Shown: piece by piece, positions 36,856 to 49,174 of the stretch
Layout: every line of letters begins with the position of its first letter
Numbering within the stretch: the stretch's first letter is position 1
NCBI GenBank assembly: GCA_963514005.1
Contig: OY740794.1
Location: 26,660,001 to 26,724,000, forward strand
DNA length: 64,000 nt
Source: Raja brachyura
Lineage: Eukaryota
Direction: 5' to 3'
Program-made: the position numbers and the translations under genes
Notes under the pieces: generated by a model
Seen by the model: only the letters and a program-made list of their open reading frames with translations
The model's database searches: none
Told to the model about the DNA's origin: nothing

Positions 36856-38852
36856 CTATCAGGAGATGAAGAAACAGCAGATCTAACATTAGCTTGCTCT
36901 TAAAAGCCACAAAGGCACGGAGTTGAGCAAGGCTCCGAACACAAGAGGCAAAAAGCCAATTAAGTGGTATCTTACAGAAAAGCGCATCTAAATTTGCACC
37001 ATGTATTTCAAGCAGTGACAGCCTTGGCTGATACAACTCTCAGCAAGTCTATCTTCTACCCAACCAATAAATCTCTATCAGACTATTCCTCAACTACTCA
37101 AAATTAAATTAAATCAAATCTAGCCTGATCCTGCACAGCGGCCGTGGTGAATCCACATTTGACAAGAGTATCTGGGAAGTCTGAATTCCAGTTGTTAATG
37201 ATGCTGCATTGCAGTGTTGAGCAGTCTGGATAAATACCTGTGCTGTAAATATTATGATCCAAACTATAACTCATGTTTAACAATCATTTTGCAGAAGTAA
37301 TTCTAACCAGTTTTATTTAAAATACTCATTGATCTTCTAATTATATGCCGCTTCTTTAACAATCTTGTTAAACTAATTTTTTGAAACAGAATAATTTTCA
37401 TATGAAAACTTTACAAAATTACTGCTTCTAACTGAGAATATTTTTTCCTGTCAAAATGAAAGTCCTTGACTATGCCCTGGAACTGAGGCCATAAAGAACT
37501 TGATAATGCTCAAATGATATACCTCGGTACTTACACAGCCAATATAAATGAAAGTTGTTAATTGCATAGATGTCTTTCACCATCAGGAGATTTATCACTA
37601 AAGATTTATACTGATTATTTTCTGATTTATTTCTGCATTAATAGCAGATATTAATGTAGTGTCTGAGATACCAACATGGCAAGCTGGCTCAATTTGATGG
37701 ATTTCCACATTTAGGGTAGATTCAGTTTACAGTTCTGTCTCCACAAATAACGAGCTCACCTCACAGAACTAGACTGCAGAGGAAGGATCACTGAACAAAT
37801 TGCCCATAAAAAGGAAAAGATATGTTCCTTTTCTCTGCTGCTTTCCATGTAAAGCTCTCTTCCTCCATTAAGTAAGAATGTCAAAAGATGAGGGAGATTC
37901 TGATTTCTGTCCACCAATGGTTCATCCTATGCTTCAAGTCCATTCCCTCTGCCCCAACTTATTCCTACTTCCTTCGTTTCCACGTTTGTTAAAGCTACAG
38001 GAATCAATTGAACACAACTGTAAATATACTCGGTGACTGAGCATACATAGCTCTTTAACAGAGAATTTCAAAAAATATACAACCCAAAGAAAAACTTCTG
38101 CTAAGCTTAGGATTTGGGGTGGCTCAGAGACGCAACAGTAGAGCTGCTGACTCACTGCACCAGGGGCCCAGGTTCGATCCTGATAATGGATGCTGTCTGT
38201 GCCACAGACAGACAGGTCTGTAGGTTAATTGGCTTTGGTAAAAACGGCCCCCTATTGTGTACGAGTGATGGTGCATATTGGTGATCGATAGTTGGTGTGG
38301 ACTCAGTGGGCCGAAGGGCCTATTTCCATGTTGTATCTCTAAAAAATGACTAATCCTTTATCCTTTGAATATGCTTCTACAGGCATCTTGGAAGTTGCTA
38401 TTTAGTTTTGTTAAGAGATGCAGCATGGAAACAGGCCCTTCGTTCCACAAAGTCCATGACGACCATCAATGAAACAAGTTATTTTACACACAAGTTTATC
38501 TGCTTTCGAATGTTCTACCAGGATTAGTGATGGATGCAGATTTGATGATTTTTAAAAAGGAACTGGACAAATACGTGGAAATGGAAGAGTGGAACTAGCT
38601 AGAGTGCTCTTTGTGAAAGCAGGTACAGACATGATGAGCTTCTCTCTGGTCACTGCTTTTCTAATTCTACTAAAATCCCTCAAGTCTGAACACCACATTC
38701 AAATCCCACCCTAAATTAGATCTCCAAATCTGATATTTATTCCCCAAGAATGAAAATGGAAATGATTACTCTCAATAACATACCGTCTTTCAACATGATA
38801 TAGGATTGTAAAACAAGAGATGCCAACAAGCACAGATGCATTGGTTCTTTAC

Positions 38853-38911
38853 CTCTTTCTCCTCGCCTACATGCTCCAGGTTTTCTTGGCTGGAAGATTT
38901 GTACGGAATAA
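38853..38911 (-). CDS. PRKCI: PRKCI exon 8 (59 nt): VIPYKSSSQENLEHVGEEKE
   Basis: tatgtttag|TTATTCCG ... AAAGAG|gtaaag. Similar to human [20 protein letters not shown]. Confidence 0.93.
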
Positions 38912-39019
38912 CTAAACATAGCATAAAATGAGAATAATATTAGCAAGGACTTAAAAGGGCTAAGGTTAAATTATATTAAACTTGCGAATTTCAACAAATG
39001 GCAAAATAACCATACAGGT

Positions 39020-39460
39020 TGATCACAGTTGTTGTACCAAGAGCAACCATCACAAGTACTGTCCTCCCCACCAAAGGGATCTGTCAGAGGTTCTCTTTCA
39101 AAAAGGCAGCCACTATCAAAGACCCACACCACTTTGTCCACACTCTAATTTCACTCCTGCCATCGGTAAAGTGGTGCAGCAGCCCGAAAACCGTGACCAC
39201 CAGGTTCAAGAGCAACTTCTTCTCAGCAACCATCAGGCTCTTGAACACGCAATCACCTCAGCAATTATGATCTTCGATGAACTGTGTCTTTAGTCTTCAG
39301 TTTTTGCACTGTTATGGTTGCTTAGCATCATGGTTACTAATTCATTGTATTTTTGATCATATATTATCTGTATGTTGTTTAGTTTACAGGCCTGTTAAGC
39401 TGTAAAAGTTTCATTGTTCTGTTGTCGGTATATGTGGCAATTAAACACTCTTGACCACTC
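39020..39460 (+). mobile_element. Rex1/Babar-like LINE 3' fragment
   Basis: KKAATIKDPHH..LLPS..TTRFKSNFF; tail taaacactcttgacc. Confidence 0.75.
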
Positions 39461-41551
39461 TGGAAAGCACGCTACTGAAAACACATTCAATTACTGTCCC
39501 TGCAACAGCTTACACATGGCCCTCCAGGTTGCTAACAAAACTGATGTCCAGTACCAGGGCTTGTTATTTAGGATGGATAGAAGCAGAATCCTCTTCACCC
39601 AAACATCAGTGAATTCTCTACCCGTGATGTTGTGGAGATTTAATCACTTAAGCTTGATGTTGATTGACTTTTAGATATATGGGGAACAAGGGGAAATGGT
39701 TCAAAGCGGTAACTAGCGATGATTGAGAACCGTGATCTTATCAAAGGACAGCGCAGGCACAATGGATGTGAGTACCTGTTTCTATCCCTGTTCCTTACAT
39801 TCTTGAGCTCTCTTCATTTGTGGTCTTTCATTGTCCTTGAATGAAGTCTCTTCCAGAGTATTCTGGATAATCTAAATTGTACCTATAAAAGTTTTCAAAA
39901 TTTACAAACCTCACTTCTCACTCTGCTAGATTTACCATTCCCATCGTTTCACATGGACAATGGAAAAGATCAAGTTAATCCCACCATTAACATGACCCAT
40001 ATCTGTCAAGGTTGAGCATAAATGCACCAAGCTAATTATCCTTTATTAAATGTATTATTAGGCTCACTCCTGGAAATACAAATCACAGCATGCAAGCAAG
40101 TTCAAAGGCCTTGCCTCTCAAGCCAACTAGTTTCTTAACTATTCAGTTGGTGCAATAGGAATAATACCAGCAAATGGACCAGTCATGCGATTAAATCAGA
40201 AATATTAACGGACATATTAGAACTTTTTTGGGGGTGGAGGGGAATACAAATTCACAGAAAATTCTCAACTCGCACCTGTGATCATCCAAAAGCAATTTCT
40301 TTGCACGCTGCCCAATTTAAAATATTGCATGACATTTTGGTAATATCACACCCAACAAAATCATCTTCCCACTCAGTTTCATGAGCTCTCATATTTTAGA
40401 TTAATTTTAAAACCAATTTCTAATGATGAAAATTATGCCACAAAAAAATGGTGCAATTAAAGACTGAAAAATATGTCAAGAATGCTCAGCAAATTAGGTT
40501 GCATCTGAAGAGAGTTAAGGGTTAGCAGCTCTTCAACAAAATGGAACGATGAAAAGAGAGAAGAGTCAAGAGTGTCTTATTGTTCATTAAGGAGAAAGGG
40601 AAGGTATAGAGAAAACAAGAGGGCATGCCAGTGACAAGGTGGAGACTGAAGTTGCCCAGGCAACAATTATTTTTAGGGCCAAAGTTTAAAAGAAAAAAAT
40701 TACATCGGATCCATTAGACACAAAGCACAGTTGTGACTGGAAATACTAAACAGGAGAGAATGCTAGAAATACACAGAAGATCAGTACAAGGTGGATGATT
40801 TTACAAAAGAGCTGATGAGTTGTGACAACACCAGAAAGGCGGGTTACCTGAAATGGTTCAACTCAACATTGAGTCAGGGCCGCAATGTGGTCAGTTCAGT
40901 TGAAAGAGTAAACATGGGAGAGGCAGAGAGAAAATTATAAGAGGAAAGTGGTGGTGCAATTTTATTATGATGGTGGAATTTACAAAGACGGTGGCTTGTG
41001 AGATAGAAAGCAAGGATAAAGGAGGTCAGTGCATAAGTGTCGTAAATTGGGAATTGACCCAATATTGAGTCAGCCGCTCCTTGGTTCCCTCTTCCATTTC
41101 CACAACCATTCCTTTTCCCATGACACAGTGAAGAGAGAGATACAACTCTTCCGCTATCTCCCTCGTCATTATCTAGGGACCAAAACACTTCCTTCTGGGC
41201 AGCAATTCACTTTGGTGCTCACAATGTTCATAAGGTCATAAGTGATGGGAGCAGAATTAGGCCGTTCGGCCCATCAAGTCTATTTGATTCATTCTCCTTC
41301 TTGTAAACCTCCTCTGGACCCTCACCTGGGCCAGCACATCCTTCCTTAGATATTGTGCCCAAAATTGCTCACAATACACCAAATGCGGCCTGACCAGCGC
41401 CTTATCGAGCCTCAGCAATGTTGTCTATTTACACTAGAGAAATTAAACACAGATTGGCTCACTGTTTTGAAGAACACCTCTGTTCAGTCAGCAAGTCACC
41501 TGTCACTCTAATTCTCCATTCCACTCTTTGACCTCCTGCACTGTTCCAATA

Positions 41552-41705
41552 ACATAGAAACATAGAAATTAGGTGCAGGAGTAGGCCATTCGGCCCTTCG
41601 AGCCTGCACCGCCATTCAATATGATCATGGCTGATCATCCAACTCAGTATCCCGTACCTGCCTTCTCTCCATACCCTCTGATCCCCTTAGCCACAAGGGC
41701 CACAC
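41552..41705 (-). mobile_element. Short CR1 3' terminus, same family as the 17211 element
   Basis: Near-identical to 17215-17365. Confidence 0.85.
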
Positions 41706-42101
41706 TCAAGGAACAGCACTTCATCTTCCATCTCTGCACAACGCTGTCCTCTGCACTCATCACTGAATTCAACAATTTTAGATACCCAGCGATTCCTGTC
41801 CGGGTCAGAACTGGCCTGTTCTAACACAAGGCCATACATTTCTAGCTTTAGAACATAAAACGTAGAACAATACAGCACAAGAACAGACTCTTCGGCCCAC
41901 AATGTCTGTGTTGGGCATGATTCCAAGATCAACTCTTATCTGCCTGCACATTATCCATATCCCATCATGTGCCCATCCAAAAATCTGTAAAATGCCTATA
42001 TCATATCTGTCTCAACCACCACCCTGGCAGTTTGTTCCAGGCACTCCATAAAGATTGGGAGACGGCAGATGCTGGAATCATGGGCAAAACACAAAGTTTT
42101 G

Positions 42102-43796
42102 TCAGCGAAGCATCACCCCCTGACGAGCTCAATGCGTTTTACACATCCTGTGATAGGGAGAATACTGATGTGCCTTCACGAGCCCCTATTCGCCATGATG
42201 GTATTTCGGTCACAGTCGCAGAGGCCGACGTCAGAAGTTCCTTCAGAGGGGTGAACCCTCGGAAAGCGCATGGACCTGATAGTAAACCCTGGCGTGTTTT
42301 AAAAATCTGTGCGGATCAACTGGCTGGAGTTTTTACGGACATTTTCAACCTCTCACTTCTGAGGTCTGAGGCTCCTACCTGCTTTAAAAGGGCATCAATA
42401 ATACTGGTGCCCAAGAAGAGCAAGGTGACGTGCCTCAATGACTATCAACCAGTGGCACTAACGTCTGTGGTGATGAAGTGCTTTGAGAGGCTGATCATGG
42501 CGCAAATCAACTCGTACCTCGACAAAAAACTGGACCCACTGCAGTTCGCTTACCGCCACAATAGATCAACTGTGGATGTGATCTCACTGGCTCTCCACTC
42601 CGCTCTGGACCACTTGGACAACAAAAACTCATATGTCAGGCTGTTATTCATTGACTACAGCTCGGCATTTAATACCATCATCCCCTTCATGCTCTCAGAT
42701 CTGGGTTTCAGCGCATCCCTCTGCAATTGGATCCTCGACTTCCTCATTCACAGATCACAGTCTGTCCATATTGGTGGAAATGTGTCATCCTTGCCAACAA
42801 TCAGCACGGGAGCACCTCAAGGCTGCATGCTCAGCCACCTGCTGTACTCACTCTATACTTATGACTGCGTAGCCGGACATAGTGCGAACTCCATCATCAA
42901 GTTCGCCGACGACCCCACTGTTGTGGAACGTATCACTGATGGGGACGAGTCAGAGTATAGAAGTGAGATCGACCAATTGACTAAATGGTGCCAGCACAAT
43001 AACCTGACTCTCAACACCAGCAAAACCAAGGAACTCATTGTGGACTTCGGAAGGGATAGGATAGGGACCCACAATCCCATTTATATCAACGGGTCAATGG
43101 TGGAAAGGGTCAAGAACTTCAAATTCCTGGGCGTGCATATTTCCCAAGATCTCTCCTAGTCCCAGAGCACTGATGCAATCATAAAGAAAGCACATCAGCA
43201 CCTCTACTTCCTGAGAAGATTACGGAGAGTCGGTATGTCAAGGAGGACTCTCTCGAACTTCTACAGGTGCACAGTAGAGAGCATGCTGACTGGTTGCATC
43301 GTGGCTTGGTACGGTAACCTGAGTGAGCGTCCAGGAGTGGAAAAGGCTTCAAAAAGTTGTAACCACAGCCCAGTCCATCACCGTCTCTGACCACCCTATC
43401 ATCGAGGGGATCTATCGCAGTCGCTGCCTCAAAAAAGCTGCCAGCATCATCAAGGACCCACACCATCCTGGCCATACACTCATCTCTCTGCTGCCATCAG
43501 GTAGAAGGTACAGGAGCCTGAAGACTGCAACATCCAGGTTCAGGACAGCTTCTTCCCCACAGCCATCAGACTATTAAACACAACTTCAAACATACTCTGA
43601 ACTATAACAGCCTATTGCACTTTATTTGTTTATTTGTGTGTGCGTGTGCGTGTGCGTGTGTATATATTCTATGGTATATGGACACACTGATCTGATCTGT
43701 ATTTATGCTTACAATATTCTGTTGTGCTGCAGCAAGCAAGAATTTCACTGTCCTATCTGGGACACATGACAATAAACTCTCTTGACTTGACTCTTG
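42102..43796 (+). mobile_element. 5'-truncated Rex1/Babar-clade LINE with RT domain
   Basis: KAHGPD, LNDYQPVALTSVVMKCFERL, DYSSAFNTI, GAPQGC, KFADD, KFLGVHI. Premature TAG at 43157; (cttga)n tail; 8-bp TSD aagttttg (42094-42101, 43797-43804). Confidence 0.92.
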
Positions 43797-44915
43797 AAGT
43801 TTTGAAGAAGGGCTCTGAACCTAAACATCACCTGTCCATTCCCTCCCCAGATGGTGCCTCCAGCACTTTGAGGTTTGCACCTTTAACATTAACTCAGTTC
43901 TCCTCGCTCCACAGAGGCTGCGAGCTCCAACATACTCCTGGGTTTATTTTTTCTTTCTAACTGCTTCCACTGAATGTACTTTACCGAGACAAAGTTGGTC
44001 TCCAAAAACTCATGGCCATGGTCTTGCGTTCTCTTCAACCCCTCAGCAACTTAGATGAAGTCCAATGTTCACAGTGGGGTAGAGGTGAATCGGACAGTAC
44101 CCCAGCATATCATAGAATTGTTCAGATCGCTGATATCACAGGGGAAGAAGCATTCCCTCTTATCCATGCAATTATCTATAAACCTCTTCAATGTCCCTTC
44201 AAAAGTTTACACTTTAAAATACTTGAGAAATCCTTGGAGGGTTTAAAATATGCTTTGCAAAAACTTGTGTTTTTTATTTAATGAATGCTGCTTGATGCCT
44301 CAGCGAATGTTGTGTTCTGTATGGGAGTGGAGCGAGTCAGAAGGGAGATGCAGCCAGGCTTTCTGCTTCCTTCTGCCAACAGCGCAGGTGGCAAAGTGAG
44401 AAAGTCAGGCAAGAAGAGAAATCGCACTTGTGGCACCCCCTGCACCGTGCAGACTTCTGGCACTCGCTGCCCCTGATCGCAGCGATCAATTAGAAGATAG
44501 CTGCCACCTGCGCTAATATGTGAGCCTTCAACATAAAAAAAGTAGAGGAGCAAGTTGGTGAAAAGCTGTTCAAGTTAGATTCATTCTACCCATCTTTTTA
44601 ATTAATTAAAAGCAGCAGATGATTTAATTAATTGAATTCCCTAATGCTTTAACTGTTGTATTTGAGTTTAACTTGATTGTTTAGTATATCTGATCTGTTT
44701 GGATACATGCAATATTAAAGCAATATCCGATCTATATAATTCTTTAGGTTGTAATGTAGATTATGCCTATATTATAATTTTAGGGCAACACATGGAATTA
44801 GCATTTCCTTGAATCTATCGTCATCTACTTTTTCCAATAGGTCTGAAGGATCCTGGCAAATCTTCTGCACTTGGTTTTGCCCACTGAACTCAAAAGGGCT
44901 CAGAAACTTATGTTG

Positions 44916-45942
44916 TGGCAATGTTACAAAATTTTGAGATTTAAAAAATCAAGTCTGCAATTTATCCCATCAGATAAAGCATAAAAAGATGTTTAATTTG
45001 ACACCTAATTCACTTTCATGTCTTCAGTATTAAAAAAGTTATGGCCATTTTCATATTCGGAAATTAGTATCTTGTTCCCTATTGCCTTAACTCAAAAGCT
45101 GTGATCTAGGACAGTCAAAAGCCTATAACTTTCTTAAAAATTAAGAGAACTCAATGAAATTTTCAGTTATTATGGATTGAAGCATTGTGAAACAAATATG
45201 AAACAATCTTACTTGGATGATCTGAAATTAAAGCATATAATTAGTTTGTTACCTAATTGTAGCTAATTACAAAATTCAATTACTAGATCTAAACATCTAT
45301 CCATTTCTTACGAAAAGATAAACATTTTTAAATTGCCTAAGTGTCCAAATAACATTCACACAAGAAATCACAATATAACATGATTTTAAAATCTCATTTT
45401 CATGAATTGATAGGCCAAATGGAAGGAATTTAGTGTTTAATTCCCGTAAATTAATGGCCATTTAAATCAACTAGCGAGTGGGTTTTAGTGGAATGCGGTG
45501 GATTGGAACGTTGCGGTTTGCGGTGAATTTAACCCACAGTCGGCAGGAAAAACACTGCCGGTTCGTATATTTTTTTTGTCCCCACTTCGCAACATGAAAA
45601 TGTGATTAAATGCTTCCTAAGAATCACGTTTTTATGTAAAAATAAACTGTGTTGCTTCTTTTCCCCCCTACGTAAAAACCTTCCTGTTGTCGGCACTCAC
45701 GGCTTTAGAAGATGATATTTAAATTACTCTAGCTAATAAATTATCTAGTGTAGTTTAAAAATACCGTCATAAAACAAATGTCGGAGCGATTTCTCTTTAG
45801 CGACGAAATCCCCCGAGATGATTGACTTGAACTGTCTGTTAAAAAACGGCATTTTAAACCCGCCCCCCTCTGAAAGGCGCCAGAGTCGCGCACACGGGGA
45901 GTGGCAGAACCGCAGCGCCGCTCAAGGTAAGTTTTAAACCTA
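44916..45942. mobile_element. Unclassified ~1-kb non-autonomous DNA transposon-like element
   Basis: Degenerate terminal similarity (ggcaatgttacaaaa / ttttaaaccta), flanking direct repeat tatgttg, AT-rich body with a CpG-rich right end. Confidence 0.55.
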
Positions 45943-45992
45943 TATGTTGGATGGCTTAAAATATTCAGTTAAAAATTATAAATCCTCCTTAC

Positions 45993-46041
45993 CTGGTGCA
46001 ATGTTTTCTGCATTCTCTGCACTTGGAATCATCATATGATC
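45993..46041 (-). CDS. PRKCI: PRKCI exon 7 (49 nt), divergent hinge: DHMMIPSAENAENIAP
   Basis: ctgttttag|GATCAT ... GCACCAG|gtaagg. Phase 0-1 correctly bridges exon 6 to exon 8. Confidence 0.85.
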
Positions 46042-46141
46042 CTAAAACAGAGACATTAAGATAATCGTCATGCATCATATAAATTCAAATAGCTGGCAGT
46101 AAAGCTTATCCTCGTTGGCGATCTGAAAGATGTATGCTTAC

Positions 46142-46183
46142 CTGATCACCGCTTCCCCAGGGATAATGGTGATGTGAGGTGAG
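46142..46183 (-). CDS. PRKCI: Putative additional (cassette) exon '6b', 42 nt, LTSHHHYPWGSGDQ
   Basis: tcttttttgttttgcag|CTCACC ... GATCAG|gtaagc. Near-consensus splice sites, phase 0-0, no stop codon. I recall no counterpart in human PRKCI. Confidence 0.65.
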
Positions 46184-47476
46184 CTGCAAAACAAAAAAGA
46201 GTTGATGCACATTGCATTCACATTACCTTTTTAAACTTAATTTTTGAGATGATGCCATTATTGTCAGTAAATCATGATTTTGAATGTTAAAAATATTATC
46301 AAATTAATAATGCTTCACCATACATACTACAGCTATTTTAAAAAGATTACTTGAATGTGATATATGTTGTACGATATTTACAACATATTCTGGAACTGAA
46401 AGCCACAAGGGTGGAAGAAATTTCACATCAGCATCACGATTTTAATTGTGTGAAAGTGACAGCTCCAAAGGCTGCTCGTGTTAAAGATTTCAGTGCAAAT
46501 GTTATGCTTAGTAATCCTGGCAAAAGTTTGGAAAATTCAGTACCAATTGGATGTAATCTACTAATTTATGAATACGTGTCAGGAAAGCTGAAGCTAAAGT
46601 TATGCCCCAATATCGTCAATACCCTTCATAACGTTATAATATAAATTACACCCACATTATAATTTTAAGAAACCACAAGCAATTGGCATTCCTGGAAATT
46701 AAAGCATCATTACATCACCCAATAGGCCTAAATAATTCCGGCAAGATTTCTGCACTTGCTTTTTTTCCATTATTTGTCTTCCCTTCTTGGAAGTAATGAC
46801 ATCTGTGAGGTAGTATGGCACAAGACAGCAAAATCTTGCAGAGATGTACTCTTTGCATGCAAGCTGGGAGTTATGCATAATCACTGTACATCTGTACAGT
46901 TGCCTGTAAAATAGGGGTTGTTCCTCAACATACAAATCAAGATCCTCAATTACTACTTTGGAAACCGAGATATTGCAGTAAAACAAGCCATGCGGAAACG
47001 GGGGCTAATATATCAGGAGACAAATCTAAATCCCACAGTGACCGCCAGGAAAATTAAATCCAGTTAACTATAGAAATCTAGAACAATTGCCACACAACAG
47101 AAATAGCAACCAAAAAATGAAAACTTGTCACAAAGCCCATCTGACTGAAAGGTTCTTGATTAGGAAGGGTGTCAAAGATTATAGGGAAAAGGCAGGAGAA
47201 TGGGGCTGAGAGGGAAAAATAGATCAGCCATGATTGGAGTAGTCGACTCTATAGGCCGATTGGCCAGATTCTGCTCCTGCATCTTATGGTCGTATAAAGA
47301 ACAACACTACAGCCAATGAAGGAATTAATACATCGCCTAAAGAAGACTGCCCAATTTCTTTCAATTAAAATTCTAAGAGTGAGCGACTATTTTAATTTGA
47401 ACCACTTCACCCTCCATAAACAAAGAGGACTCGAGTTGGAAATTCAAAAGATATTTAAAAGAATAAAAAGACTTAC

Positions 47477-47608
47477 TGCATGACGTCCGCATTCAATTGT
47501 GACCAGTTTGTGACATTTCTTATGGACCAGAAGCTTACAGTTGATGCATTTATAGCCCTGGCGACCAAGGCCCCAGATCCGATCAGTACAAAACGCACAA
47601 TGTGCTCG
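47477..47608 (-). CDS. PRKCI: PRKCI exon 6 (132 nt): C1 domain [44 protein letters not shown]
   Basis: ctcctttag|CGAGCACAT ... CATGCA|gtaagt. Confidence 0.95.
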
Positions 47609-49088
47609 CTAAAGGAGAGAATGCAAATCAACATTTAGTTAAAGATTGGGCTTAGCACTGAAATGCCATTTTGGTTGTAGTAATCACAATTTTAAAAACA
47701 TTTCAGCACACCGCCAAACTCAGGAACAGCTTCCTCCCCCTCTGTCTTATCAGGCCTCTAGTATTGTCCGATTCATGTTGTGTATGGAAGTGGAGGGCTA
47801 TAATGCTGAGAACTATATTCTACACTCTGTCTCGTCCCCATCACATCTGTTGTAATTGAGTTTGACCTGATTGTACTTATGTATTGTATTATCTGATCTG
47901 TTCGGATAGCACGAAAAGCAAAGATTTTGGCTGTATCTCTGTTCACATAACAATAATAAATGTAAACCTAATTTTGAATCTGCTTGAAGATAAAATGACT
48001 GTTTGGGAGATGAAATAAGTGAATTTTGTTTACAAAACATTAAATTTTCCAGCACAACTCACCTTCTCCTAACCTAGTTCCACTTCCTTGTTTATAGTGG
48101 GTGTGCTATTTTAGGGCGACATGGTGGCGTAGCCGTAATGGGCGGCACAGTGACACAGCAGTAGAGTTGCAGCATTACAGCACCAGAGTCCCGGGTTCAA
48201 TCCTGATTACGGTGCTACCTGTATGGAGTTTGTAGGTTCTCCCTGTGACCGCGTGGGTGTTCCTCCCACATGCCAAAGACATTCCAGTTTGTAGGTTAAT
48301 TGGCTTCTGTAAATTGCCCCTCATGTGTAAGAATAGGATATGAATGATTATTGGCTGGCGCAAGCTCAGTGAGCCGAAAGGCCTGTTTCCACGCCACATC
48401 TCTAAAATTAAAACTGCCTTCATATTTTTCAATCTGCGTTATTCAATGAAATGCTGGTCCTGTCCACAGATTCTGCTTGACCCATTGAGTGTTTTCTTAA
48501 TTTCTTTAATTCAGATTTCTAACAACTGTATTTTTGATTTTCATCTTGAATTTAATGCTTTGCTTTGATTCTTTGCACTGCAGTGGCCATATGTAAAGTA
48601 ATCAAACACGCATTAACATTTATCCCCAAGTGCACGGTTCAAATCTATAAAATATTGTCATAACTGTTGAAGTACAATCCTGTAACAAAGCAGGATCTGG
48701 CCAGAGTTAGAATCAACTAACAAATGGCAGTAAATCATTGTGCTTTGGCAAAGGGCAGGCTAAATTACAGATCAGCGGGGACTTTTTGCGTGTCGAGTAA
48801 CAGTTTCTCAAATAATCTACTTAAACGGCCCCTTCCATTAGATCTGGTAATCTTTGCTTTAATGTACGTTCTGTTTTCATTCGGATTTCAAGAGGGTGAT
48901 TGGCCTCGACATTAACTGCTTGTAAATCTGCCTCAGTTAAACCTTTAAGAATTCCAGAGCAGTTTAAATCCAGGTTATACCTTTAATCATGAAGATGAAA
49001 TGGGAATCTATGCAGGGGAAAAAACTGTTACATTCCCTGTCACTGACCTTGTTGAAAACATTTAAAAATAGATAACAGTAGTTCTCAC

Positions 49089-49174
49089 TCTGTTGAATCT
49101 TTTGGCTTGGAAAGTATGTCCATTTACACAATACAGTTTTCTCCAGCGCCGAGCCCCTCGCCTGTATATAGATT
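49089..49174 (-). CDS. PRKCI: PRKCI exon 5 (86 nt): pseudosubstrate, [28 protein letters not shown]
   Basis: gttttcag|AATCTATA ... AACAGA|gtgaga. Confidence 0.96.

Noticed and set aside
41969-43159. 396-aa ORF as a functional or domesticated gene
   Set aside because: Chimeric read-through. The first ~45 codons come from unrelated repeats upstream of the TSD; the rest is a truncated Rex1/Babar RT with a premature stop and a later frameshift.
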